Assembly: GCA_045636685.1 (NCBI GenBank)
Contig: JAZTXZ010000085.1
Coordinates: 1 to 53,856 of the forward strand
Direction of reading: 5' to 3'
DNA from: Candidatus Avispirillum sp.
Lineage (GTDB): Bacteria > Bacillota > Clostridia > Oscillospirales > CAG-272
DNA: 53,856 bases
Shown: in pieces, positions 1 to 8,898 of the stretch
How positions within the stretch are numbered: position 1 is the first letter of the stretch
How the letters are laid out: every line of letters begins with the position of its first letter
Notes under the pieces: model-generated
Seen by the model: only the letters and a program-made list of their open reading frames with translations
Database searches by the model: none
What the model was told of the DNA's origin: nothing
Position numbers and translations under genes: made by a program

Positions 1-55
1 CATATCAAGCAACAGTTAACAAATTAAGAACAGTCTAAAAAGTAAATCCCGCACA

Positions 56-84
56 GTATAAATCCCCACAAATCACAAATACTA
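56..84 (+). promoter_or_regulatory. SigG-type forespore promoter of spoVT
   Basis: GTATA-N17-AATACTA matches the SigG consensus (GHATA...CATACTA); spoVT is a known SigG target. Confidence 0.6.
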
Positions 85-105
85 ACATCACAATTTGAAA
101 ATTTA

Positions 106-170
106 TGTAGGGGCGAGCATTGCTCGTCCGCAATAAAAAGCTGAACGGACGACCAATGGTCGCCCCTACA
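106..170. repeat. GTAG-family REP doublet (REPIN-like)
   Basis: TGTAGGGGCGAGCATTGCTCGTCCG...CGGACGACCAATGGTCGCCCCTACA: two inverted GTAG-initiated imperfect palindromes. Confidence 0.75.
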
Positions 171-202
171 GGTTAGATGTAATTTACAAAGGAGATTTAT
201 AT

Positions 203-742
203 ATGAAAGCCACCGGAATAGTAAGAAGAATCGATGACCTCGGAAGAGTTGTTATACCTAAAGAAATCAGAAGAACCATGAGAATCCGCGAGGGTGACCC
301 TCTTGAAATATACACAGACCGTGACGGGGAGGTCATTTTTAAGAAATATTCACCCATCGGTGAGATCTCTCAATTTGCCGCCCAATATGCGGAGACTCTT
401 TACAAGACCTGCGGTATTGCCGTGGCTATCTGCGATCGCGACAGCGTTATCGCTTCTGCAGGACTTCCCAAGCGTGAATACGCCGACAGAAAGCTCTCAC
501 GGGAGCTTGAGGACATTATAGATTCCCGTTCCCTCTACACAGCATCGGGCAACGAGGAGATCCCCGTAATTGAAGGAGGACAGCATTATATCAACTGCTG
601 TATGCCCATTATTTCCGGCGGAGATATTACCGGCTGTGTTACCTCTGTCAGAACATCGGACTCCCCTTCCCTTCAGCCGGGACTTGAAACAAAGCTTATT
701 CAGACTGCCGCCGGCTTTTTCGGCCGCCAGCTTGAAGACTGA
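203..742 (+). CDS. spoVT: stage V sporulation protein T (AbrB-type N-terminus plus GAF-like C-terminus)
   Basis: MKATGIVRRIDDLGRVVIPKEIRRT...GDPLEIY...KKYSPIGE; 179 aa; AAGGAG RBS. Confidence 0.93.
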   Translation: MKATGIVRRIDDLGRVVIPKEIRRTMRIREGDPLEIYTDRDGEVIFKKYSPIGEISQFAAQYAETLYKTCGIAVAICDRDSVIASAGLPKREYADRKLSRELEDIIDSRSLYTASGNEEIPVIEGGQHYINCCMPIISGGDITGCVTSVRTSDSPSLQPGLETKLIQTAAGFFGRQLED

Positions 743-743
743 A

Positions 744-780
744 AAATGCCCCCGACCGATTTTATCGGTCGGAGGCATTT
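744..780. terminator. bidirectional intrinsic terminator between spoVT and capD
   Basis: AAATGCCCCCGACCGAT-TTT-ATCGGTCGGAGGCATTT hairpin between convergent genes. Confidence 0.8.
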
Positions 781-782
781 AT

Positions 783-2657
783 TTATACGTTTTTTGGATG
801 ATAAGTTGGAACGATGTCCATTACTATCTTTCTGATATCCTCAGAATTATTCTCGCAGGCATTTTCAAGCCAAGCAAGCTTTTCCTCAAACACTTCTTTA
901 TTGATATCCTCAAGGTGGCCTATGAAGATAAGCTCGTTTGCGGTTTTACCAAGTCCTTCTTCAGAAAGAAGAAGCTCTTCAAACAGCTTTTCTCCGGGTC
1001 TCAGGCCGGTATACTCAACGGCGATATCCACGTCAGGCTCAAAGCCTGAAAGGCGGATCATATTTCTCGCGAGATCATCTATCCTTACGGGCTCTCCCAT
1101 ATCAAGAACGAATATCTCGCCGTCATTAGCATATGCTCCTGCCTGAAGCACAAGGGACACGGCCTCGGGGATAGTCATAAAATATCTGATAATATCCTTA
1201 TGGGTAACCGTTACGGGGCCACCGGCCTCTATCTGCTTTTTGAATAAGGGGATAACGCTGCCGTTACTTCCGAGAACGTTACCGAAACGAACGCAAGCAT
1301 ATTTAGTATCGGAATGATTAGCAAAATTGCAGATTATCATTTCGCAAATACGCTTTGATGCGCCCATTATATTGGTAGGATTTACGGCTTTATCGGTACT
1401 GATAAGAATAAAGGTCTCTGTTTTATATTTATCCGCCGCATCGGCCACGTTCCACGTGCCGAATACGTTATTCTTGATAGATTCATTAGGGGACACTTCC
1501 ATCAAGGGCACATGCTTATGGGCTGCCGCATGGAACACAATACTGGGTCTGTATTCCTCAAACACCATATTGACACGGCGCTTATCTCTGACTGAACCGA
1601 TAAGAACTTCAAGATCAAGCTCGGGATATTTTCTCGAAAGCTCCTGCTGGATAGCATAGGCATTATTTTCATAAACATCAAAAATAATAAGCTTTCTGGG
1701 GCCGTGGGCCGCGATCTGACGGCAAAGCTCGCTACCTATAGATCCACCGCCGCCAGTTACAAGAACTACTCTGTCATTCAAGTATTCTACGATCTCGCTG
1801 ATATTTACGTTCAGGCTCTCGCGTGCAAGAAGGTCTTCGATCTGAACATTTCTGATCTTCTGAACATTTACCTCTCCGTTTACAAGCTGGAAGATGGCAG
1901 GAAGAGTTTTAAGCTTACATCCCGTTTCCTGAGAAATTTCCAGTATTTGCTTTCTCTTCTTTGAAGAAGCTGTTGGGATTGCGAAAATTATTTCATCAAC
2001 TCTATATTTTTCAGCACAAAAGCCAATATCATCTGTACTTCCCGCAATAGGAACACCGTACATAAACTTGCCTATCTTGTTTATATCATCATCAACAAGA
2101 CATACTACATGGTTTTTAGAGTTTCCGCTGCGCTGGAGTTCTCTCAGCACTGTTGCTCCTGCATCGCCAGCACCGATAATCATCGTTCTGAGGGATGATT
2201 TGGAATTATTCTTTTTTGAATCCTTCTGATGACGGATGAGCCTGTACGAAAATCTTATGACCAAGGTCATTATCAAAAACAGCAAAAAATTTATAAATAT
2301 AAAGCTTCTCGGCACATACATATCGAGAACAAATTGCAAAAGTGTCTGAATAGTTACAGCAGTGAGGGTGGCAAAAACCACATGAAGCATCTCTCGCTCT
2401 CCGGCAAACGCCCAAAGACTGCTGTACAATCCAAAAAGAGAGAAAATTATCAACGTTATGACTGCTGTTAACGGAAGAAGTTTCAGCACATTAAATAGAA
2501 AGTCATACTGCAAAAGATCTTCTATACTGAACTCAAATCTCAGCCACAGTGTCATAACAGACGATACTGAAAAAACCACAGCATCCATTACTGCAAGGCT
2601 CAGCTGTCTTATAAAGAGACTTTTATTAAACGGTATTTTTGGTTGGTTTTTTACCAT
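783..2657 (-). CDS. capD: membrane-bound nucleoside-diphosphate-sugar 4,6-dehydratase/epimerase (CapD/PglF family)
   Basis: 4 N-terminal TM helices, GAGDAG, TGGGGSIGSE, HAAAHKHVP, STDKAV, RFGNVLGS; start at 2657 chosen for its GGAG RBS (ORF is open to 2684). Confidence 0.9.
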   Translation of the reverse strand: MVKNQPKIPFNKSLFIRQLSLAVMDAVVFSVSSVMTLWLRFEFSIEDLLQYDFLFNVLKLLPLTAVITLIIFSLFGLYSSLWAFAGEREMLHVVFATLTAVTIQTLLQFVLDMYVPRSFIFINFLLFLIMTLVIRFSYRLIRHQKDSKKNNSKSSLRTMIIGAGDAGATVLRELQRSGNSKNHVVCLVDDDINKIGKFMYGVPIAGSTDDIGFCAEKYRVDEIIFAIPTASSKKRKQILEISQETGCKLKTLPAIFQLVNGEVNVQKIRNVQIEDLLARESLNVNISEIVEYLNDRVVLVTGGGGSIGSELCRQIAAHGPRKLIIFDVYENNAYAIQQELSRKYPELDLEVLIGSVRDKRRVNMVFEEYRPSIVFHAAAHKHVPLMEVSPNESIKNNVFGTWNVADAADKYKTETFILISTDKAVNPTNIMGASKRICEMIICNFANHSDTKYACVRFGNVLGSNGSVIPLFKKQIEAGGPVTVTHKDIIRYFMTIPEAVSLVLQAGAYANDGEIFVLDMGEPVRIDDLARNMIRLSGFEPDVDIAVEYTGLRPGEKLFEELLLSEEGLGKTANELIFIGHLEDINKEVFEEKLAWLENACENNSEDIRKIVMDIVPTYHPKNV

Positions 2658-2695
2658 AACAAACAACTCCGGAATTTTATACATTTAATCAGTTT

Positions 2696-2724
2696 ATTAT
2701 AACATCTTTAGCTAATTCTGTCAA
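2696..2724 (-). promoter_or_regulatory. consensus SigA promoter of capD
   Basis: minus strand TTGACA-17 nt-TATAAT with TG extended -10. Confidence 0.8.
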
Positions 2725-2776
2725 CGGAATTTGATTAATGTTTTATTATGTCATATAGGCCATATACATATAATAT

Positions 2777-2817
2777 AAAAAACAAGTGACTGTTTTGCAA
2801 CAGTCACTTGTTTTTTT
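2777..2817. terminator. intrinsic terminator after the LCP gene
   Basis: AAAAAACAAGTGACTGTT-TTGC-AACAGTCACTTGTTTTTT. Confidence 0.8.
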
Positions 2818-3805
2818 ACTTCATTTCCTCATAGAAAATGTCAATTACCAAATCCATTAAAGAATCCTCATCAAGATAATGCTCCATATACTTCGTTCCA
2901 AGCTTACTTTCGCCCTTAGGAATAATTATCTTTTCTACAGGATGATCTGTAACATATCCGGCCAGCTCTGCCAGCTCTGCAACCGTACAGTCTGTGACGA
3001 TATAGTCCTCAACCGCTTCAATTGCTTCTATTGCAAATGCTTTATCTGCTCTGCTTTTCAAAACAAAGCTTTCAACAAAGGCAGACATATACTGCTTCTG
3101 TCTTTCCATTCTCGAAACATTTGTCTGATCACCGACGCCGCCACGAGCTCTGACATATGTGAGAGCCTGCTCACCCGTGAGTCTGATGATCTTACCCTTT
3201 TCGAGAGTGGGATCAACTGCGGAAAAATCATTCTTGATCTCAAGCTCTACGCCGCCGACCTTATCATTAAGGATCGGGATAGCATCCATACGGACGGAGA
3301 CATAATTGTTTACGGGAATCTCATAAAAAAGCTCAGAAACTGCATCAGCCGTATTACGGCAGCTTTCATTCTTTCCGTTACCGTATGAATGGGCATATGC
3401 AATCTGCTGGTACTTCTCTCCTGCTTTATCACCGAGGATTCCTATTACAGGAACTTTGGTCATCGTATCTCTGTTTATCTGGATAACGGTACTCTTCTCT
3501 TCCACCTCATCAAAGACATACAGCGCTATAAAGTCTGACATAGGTGAGTCATCCTCAGATGTATTGCTATTATCCACACCAATTACCAGAGTTGTTGATA
3601 TTCTGACTTTTTGCTCATACTTTTTTCCGTTATACTCTACTCTGCCGAATTCATCAGCAGTCAGCCCAGAGAGAACTTCAGAATCTGCTCGGTCTACAAG
3701 ATACTTTTCAAGTGTATGAACACCAAAATACAATCCCACACCGAGGAGCAAAGCAAGACAAAGCGCTATGGCGAGTTTAAGATAAGATCTTCTTTGACTC
3801 TTCAT
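2816..3805 (-). CDS. LCP (LytR-CpsA-Psr) family glycopolymer transferase
   Basis: N-terminal TM, LVIGVD, INRDT, AYAHSYG, VGGV, ALTYVRAR, RMERQ. Confidence 0.88.
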   Translation of the reverse strand: MKSQRRSYLKLAIALCLALLLGVGLYFGVHTLEKYLVDRADSEVLSGLTADEFGRVEYNGKKYEQKVRISTTLVIGVDNSNTSEDDSPMSDFIALYVFDEVEEKSTVIQINRDTMTKVPVIGILGDKAGEKYQQIAYAHSYGNGKNESCRNTADAVSELFYEIPVNNYVSVRMDAIPILNDKVGGVELEIKNDFSAVDPTLEKGKIIRLTGEQALTYVRARGGVGDQTNVSRMERQKQYMSAFVESFVLKSRADKAFAIEAIEAVEDYIVTDCTVAELAELAGYVTDHPVEKIIIPKGESKLGTKYMEHYLDEDSLMDLVIDIFYEEMK

Positions 3806-3836
3806 AGCGCTTTACCACCTATTATTCAAATTCAAA

Positions 3837-4457
3837 TTACTTAGCTAACTTTCTTCTGCAGTATACTACTACAGCACCGGCAACACCTGCAGCTGCAAGA
3901 CATACAAGGATTGCAAACATAGGGTCAGATGTCTGGGGGCCATCGACTCCACCCTCAGCAGGAACTGTAAGGAATGCTACCTGTCCGAGATTTGTAAGAA
4001 CTACTGTAACAGATCCATCGGGGTTAAGAGTACCTGTGATGATCTCCCAACCGTTTTCTGTTCTCTGGATGATCTGGAAATTATCGTCTGTAAATCCGGT
4101 ATCAAATGTTACTGTGATCTTTCCGTTCTCTTCAAACTCTTTCTTTGCATCGTCAACAAGTGTGATGTCGTAAAGGTCACGCACTACCGCGCCATCCTTA
4201 ATATCCTCATTAAGATCCTTAAGATCATCTGCATTCTTGAGTTCATCGTATGCATCCTGAAAATCATCACGGTCTACTTCAGGATGAGCATCATCAATAT
4301 CATCATAATGTGTAATGATGATATCTTCATCAGTATCACCGGGCTTATGTCCGGGACTGACAATATAACCATCGTCTCCTACTTCTGTAGCAAAAGCAGC
4401 CACGCTCATGGACAGCATGATCATTACTGCCGCAAAAATTGCAAATATCTTCTTCAT
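3837..4457 (-). CDS. acidic secreted protein with sortase-type cell-wall sorting signal
   Basis: signal peptide ending AFA; C-terminal GPQTSD motif, hydrophobic helix and RRKLAK tail. Confidence 0.75.
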   Translation of the reverse strand: MKKIFAIFAAVMIMLSMSVAAFATEVGDDGYIVSPGHKPGDTDEDIIITHYDDIDDAHPEVDRDDFQDAYDELKNADDLKDLNEDIKDGAVVRDLYDITLVDDAKKEFEENGKITVTFDTGFTDDNFQIIQRTENGWEIITGTLNPDGSVTVVLTNLGQVAFLTVPAEGGVDGPQTSDPMFAILVCLAAAGVAGAVVVYCRRKLAK

Positions 4458-4593
4458 AATATTTGTATCTCCTATCTAAATGCCACGCACATGACAAAGA
4501 TTCCTATATACTATTTTATTACAAACACTACTGTTTGTCAATAGTTTGTTGATAAACTTTTTTGATTATTTATTTGTTATATCAAATTATTTA

Positions 4594-5325
4594 TTAGCTG
4601 TAAGCCGACTGAAGTATTTCTCTGTTTGTTCCCTGCAAAACGCTTTTTTCCGTTTCGGATATTCTCATTAAAGCGCCCTTGCCGTACTTCTTTTCTATTG
4701 CCTTTATGGCAATATCCATATCAGGAGGTCTCGTTGTCAAGTTATGACAGTCTGAGCCGATAAGATGGATCTTTCCATCGGCAAGCATCCTTAAAGCCAT
4801 TCTTGAATAACGAAAACCTTCAAAAAAGCTTGAATTTGCCTGAATGATCACCGGAAGACCTGCAAACCAATCAGCCATATCCTTTTTTGCGAAGATCTTT
4901 ATGTATCTGTCGATATGCGCGATTATAGGAACCAGTCTCCACTTTTCATATATATCGACTACTTCTGCGATCATTCTCTCATTCCAGGCAATCGCAGGCA
5001 TCTCTATAAGAATAGTATTGGAATCTCCGATTTTAAGAGAGCTGAGATTTTCACAATCGCTTATACCTTCAAAATACGCAACCTCAGCTCCTTGTATGAT
5101 CTGAGGAAGATCTTTTCCCTCAACCGCCAGGCTAAGCGCATCAAAAGCTTTTTTTCTTCTCTGGAGAAATCTTTCCGGAAAATCATGATCAGCATAAAAA
5201 TGCGGGGTGGCAACCACTGCACTGACGCCGCAATTTTTCGCCTTTTCCAGCATTTTCACAGATTCCTCAATGCTGCGGCTTCCGTCATCTATGCCGGGAA
5301 GAATGTGGGAATGAAAATCAATCAT
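4594..5325 (-). CDS. cpsB: PHP-family tyrosine-protein phosphatase (CpsB/CapC/YwqE)
   Basis: MIDFHSHILPGIDDG, ATPH, AHIDRY, GSDCHN. Confidence 0.9.
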   Translation of the reverse strand: MIDFHSHILPGIDDGSRSIEESVKMLEKAKNCGVSAVVATPHFYADHDFPERFLQRRKKAFDALSLAVEGKDLPQIIQGAEVAYFEGISDCENLSSLKIGDSNTILIEMPAIAWNERMIAEVVDIYEKWRLVPIIAHIDRYIKIFAKKDMADWFAGLPVIIQANSSFFEGFRYSRMALRMLADGKIHLIGSDCHNLTTRPPDMDIAIKAIEKKYGKGALMRISETEKSVLQGTNREILQSAYS

Positions 5326-6169
5326 TTTCTGAGTTATCTGTATTTACTTCAGGCTGATTTTCATAGGAAGAAGGATCAATATATTCCTTGCCGTAATATT
5401 TGGAATAGTACTTGGAGTATTTTCCGTAACGGTAACCGTATTTTCCGTATTTTCCGTACTTACTGTATTTTCTTCCGTAAATCTTACTACCTGTGGAAGC
5501 GCAGTTATAAACAAATCCGATAATATTGGCATTGGCAAACCTAAGCTGAGTTATAGTTTCCTTAAGTGCATCTGTTCTGCAGTAGTCCTGACGTACTACG
5601 AGCATCATTCCGTCTGCATACTTGGAGAAAATAACAGCATCCGCAACCGCACTTACAGGGGGAAGGTCAATAAAGATATAGTTGTAATGCTTTTTGAGTG
5701 TATCAAGAAGCATTTCCATTCTCTTTGATCCGAGAAGCTCGGAAGGGTTGGGAGGAAGTTCGCCTGCGCAAAGAATATCAAACTGCACGCCTGTCTTAGC
5801 ATACTTGATATGCTGAATGATCTCGTCTCTCCTGTCAACACCTACAAGAAGGTTGGAAAGACCGGCACCCTTACCGAGATCAAGCTTTTTTGCAACGGTA
5901 GGAATACGCATGTCTGCGTCTATAAGGAGAACTTTCTTGCCGCTCTGCGCCATTGTATATGCGGTATTTACCGCGGTTACACTTTTACCCTCGCCTCGAA
6001 GAGAGCTGGTTACGCCAACGACTCTGCACTGAGCATCGTCTGCAAAGGAGAAAAGAATATTTGTACGAAGCTTCTTATATGCCTCTCTTGAAGCAAAGCT
6101 TAGTTCATCACAAAGAGCGCTGGTATCGACTACGGGAGCCTGGTTTTTCTTATTCTTTTTCATTTTCAT
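5318..6169 (-). CDS. cpsD: BY-kinase, polysaccharide biosynthesis tyrosine autokinase (CpsD/CapB)
   Basis: EAYKKLRTN, GEGKS, LLIDADMR, PPNPSELL, FIDLPP, C-terminal Tyr cluster. Confidence 0.92.
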   Translation of the reverse strand: MKMKKNKKNQAPVVDTSALCDELSFASREAYKKLRTNILFSFADDAQCRVVGVTSSLRGEGKSVTAVNTAYTMAQSGKKVLLIDADMRIPTVAKKLDLGKGAGLSNLLVGVDRRDEIIQHIKYAKTGVQFDILCAGELPPNPSELLGSKRMEMLLDTLKKHYNYIFIDLPPVSAVADAVIFSKYADGMMLVVRQDYCRTDALKETITQLRFANANIIGFVYNCASTGSKIYGRKYSKYGKYGKYGYRYGKYSKYYSKYYGKEYIDPSSYENQPEVNTDNSEND

Positions 6170-6963
6170 TTGCTTTCCTTATCTCCCTTCTCTTCGTTTG
6201 ATGAATAATAGTATGATGATTTATACGAATATTTGTAATATTTACCGTACTTATATGATCCCTGTGTTCTCTCCGCTGTATTGGGGATAGCCGCAAGAAC
6301 GGGAATACCGTATGTTTCTGTCAGGTATTCCTCCTCGCGGATAAATACGTCATACATCTCTCTGATAACTATTACAAGCACACTTGCCGCAATGCCCGCA
6401 ATAACACCGAGTGCCGCATTTCTCGTATAGCTGGGACCTGAACGTGAAGAAGGAAGAACCGCATAATCAACGATTCGCACAGCACTTCCGTCAACTACCT
6501 CGGCAATTCTTTCGGGAAGCACCTTGGTTATAGCATTGGCAATAATCTCTGCCTCTTTAGGATCTGTACTTGTTACAACAACCTCAAAAATTTCTGTCTC
6601 ATTTACAGGAGCAGCCTCAACCATTCCCTTCACCTCCGAATAGGAACGGTCTACCTCGGCATACTCGATAACCTCATTAAGAGTGGTTCTTGCCTCAAGG
6701 ATTACAATATATGTGTTAACAAGCTCCTGCGCTGCCGCAAGACCTGAGCTGGAAATACTGAAGTCGGAACCTACATTTATTCCCCTGTTGTTTACATAAA
6801 GAAGAGCTCTTGACTGATATGTAGGGTCTACAGTAAAATATGTATACCCGAACACAGCCGCTCCTCCGATAACTGCAGCAAGGATAACTGCCCATATATT
6901 TCTGAGGACAGCTCTGACAAGCTTTAAAATATCTATTTCGACGGTTTCTTCTCTTTTTTTCAT
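6166..6963 (-). CDS. cpsC: polysaccharide chain-length determinant / BY-kinase activator (Wzz/CpsC)
   Basis: EIDIL N-terminus, 2 TM helices, PTYQS, GIPVLAAIP; GAGGTG RBS before ATG 6963; ATGA overlap with cpsD. Confidence 0.88.
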   Translation of the reverse strand: MKKREETVEIDILKLVRAVLRNIWAVILAAVIGGAAVFGYTYFTVDPTYQSRALLYVNNRGINVGSDFSISSSGLAAAQELVNTYIVILEARTTLNEVIEYAEVDRSYSEVKGMVEAAPVNETEIFEVVVTSTDPKEAEIIANAITKVLPERIAEVVDGSAVRIVDYAVLPSSRSGPSYTRNAALGVIAGIAASVLVIVIREMYDVFIREEEYLTETYGIPVLAAIPNTAERTQGSYKYGKYYKYSYKSSYYYSSNEEKGDKESK

Positions 6964-7183
6964 TACACACCTCAAAAATACACATGCTACCGCATTTTAT
7001 TCTTTGATAATTATAGTACATTTCCGTTTCAAATACAAGAACCAATACAACATTTCCGCCCAAAATATACAATAAAAATAACACGCAAATATTTATAAAA
7101 TATATGACTTTCCACCAAATCACGTAGCTTGATAATTGTTTTTTTACAAAATATAACTTACCTCTTCTTTTTGCATAATACTC

Positions 7184-7212
7184 TTGAAAAAAGAGGCAGC
7201 TTAGGATATAAT
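7184..7212 (+). promoter_or_regulatory. SigA promoter of upp
   Basis: TTGAAA-17 nt-TATAAT. Confidence 0.75.
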
Positions 7213-7238
7213 AAAGAAAAAAGCCGAAAGGATACAGT

Positions 7239-7868
7239 ATGGCAACACTTCACGTTATAGATCATCCCCTTATCACCCACAAGCTTTCCATTATGCGAGA
7301 TAAAAACACAGGAAGCAAGGATTTCCGTCAGCTTCTTGATGAGATCTCAATGCTTATGGGTTACGAGGTCACAAGAGACCTCCCTCTGGAAGATTTTGAA
7401 ATAGAAACACCCGTTACAAAAATGATCGCAAAACAAATTTCCGGCAGAAAACTTGCCATAGTTCCGATCCTTCGCGCAGGTCTCGGAATGGTTGACGGTC
7501 TTCTCGCCCTTGTTCCCGTTGCAAAGGTTGGTCATATCGGTCTTTACCGCGATCCCGACACACACCTTCCCGTCGAATACTACTCAAAGCTCCCTGCAGA
7601 TATTGAGGACCGCTTTGTTATCGTAGTTGACCCTATGCTTGCTACAGGCGGAAGCGCATCTGATGCTATCTCCATGCTCAAAGCAAAGGGTGTAAAGCAC
7701 ATCCGTCTTATGTGCCTCGTAGGTGCTCCCGAGGGCGCTGAAAAGGTTATGGCTGATCACCCCGATGTTGACATATACATTGCAGCTATGGACGAATGCC
7801 TCAACGACCATAAGTACATCGTGCCCGGCCTCGGAGATGCCGGCGACAGAATTTTCGGCACAAAATAA
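7239..7868 (+). CDS. upp: uracil phosphoribosyltransferase
   Basis: [42 protein letters not shown]. Confidence 0.97.
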   Translation: MATLHVIDHPLITHKLSIMRDKNTGSKDFRQLLDEISMLMGYEVTRDLPLEDFEIETPVTKMIAKQISGRKLAIVPILRAGLGMVDGLLALVPVAKVGHIGLYRDPDTHLPVEYYSKLPADIEDRFVIVVDPMLATGGSASDAISMLKAKGVKHIRLMCLVGAPEGAEKVMADHPDVDIYIAAMDECLNDHKYIVPGLGDAGDRIFGTK

Positions 7869-7913
7869 ATCAAAAACGGGGACAGGCTCCGCCCTGTCCC
7901 CTCATCTTTTACT

Positions 7914-8891
7914 ATGCTTAAATTTGTACTGAACAAAAACGACGCAGGACAGCGCCTCGACAAATTTCTCACAAAGACTCTCAAGGGTATCCCCACTTCC
8001 CTGATGTATAAGTACATCAGAAAGAAAAGAGTCAAGGTCAACGGAAAGCGCGCTAAGGAAAATCAGATGCTTGAGGCAGGAGATGTGATCGAGCTCTATA
8101 TTCCGGACGAATTTTCAAAATCTGAGGCAGACACCTCGGAATACGACAAAATTAAAGCCTCACCCACAGTAGTATATGAAGATGAAAATATCATCATTTG
8201 CGATAAGCGCCCCGGTATGCTTTCCCACACGGGGGACAAGGGCGAAAACGGGGCTGCAGCCATTGCTGAAAGAGATACGCTTATCTTCATCATTTGCGCT
8301 TATCTCTATAAAAAAGGCGAATATGACCCTGGGGACGAGGCTTCTTTTGCACCTGCTCTTGCAAACCGACTCGACAGAAATACGGGCGGCCTTATTATTG
8401 CCGCAAAGAATGCTGAAGCTCTCAGAGCGGTCAACAGACTTATCCGCGAGGACTGCGTTGATAAGAGATATCTCTGCGCAGTTCACGGACGTCCCTCTCC
8501 CGCATCTGCAACTCTGCGTGGATTCCTTTTCAAAAACTCAAAAACAAAGACCGTTACGGTATATAACTCCCCCAGGCAGGGTGCCAAGGAAATAATTACT
8601 ACCTATAAAACCGAAAAATATTCCGCAAAGAATGATCTTTCTCTTCTTGAGGTTCATCTTGAAACAGGAAGAACTCATCAGATCCGCGCCCACCTGGCTT
8701 CCATCGGTCATCCCCTCCTCGGAGAGGGCAAATACGGCCACAACAAAGATGACCGTTCTATGGGATACAAGTATCAGGCGCTTTATTCCTACCGTCTTTC
8801 CTTTAGGGTAAAGGACGGCCCCCTTTCCTATCTTGACGGAAAAACAATTGAAGCCGACAGAAAAAACATCCATTTTCTTGAACTGTTCTGA
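7914..8891 (+). CDS. RluA-family pseudouridine synthase with S4 domain (RluC/RluD-like)
   Basis: GQRLDKFL, NRLDRNTGG, TGRTHQIRAH, GHPLLG. Confidence 0.92.
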   Translation: MLKFVLNKNDAGQRLDKFLTKTLKGIPTSLMYKYIRKKRVKVNGKRAKENQMLEAGDVIELYIPDEFSKSEADTSEYDKIKASPTVVYEDENIIICDKRPGMLSHTGDKGENGAAAIAERDTLIFIICAYLYKKGEYDPGDEASFAPALANRLDRNTGGLIIAAKNAEALRAVNRLIREDCVDKRYLCAVHGRPSPASATLRGFLFKNSKTKTVTVYNSPRQGAKEIITTYKTEKYSAKNDLSLLEVHLETGRTHQIRAHLASIGHPLLGEGKYGHNKDDRSMGYKYQALYSYRLSFRVKDGPLSYLDGKTIEADRKNIHFLELF

Positions 8892-8898
8892 GGTGCTT

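Noticed and set aside
5395-5480. Short tandem CCGTATTTT-like repeats, possible CRISPR or VNTR
   Set aside because: They encode the CpsD Tyr cluster; no repeat-spacer structure. No CRISPR array was seen anywhere in the window.
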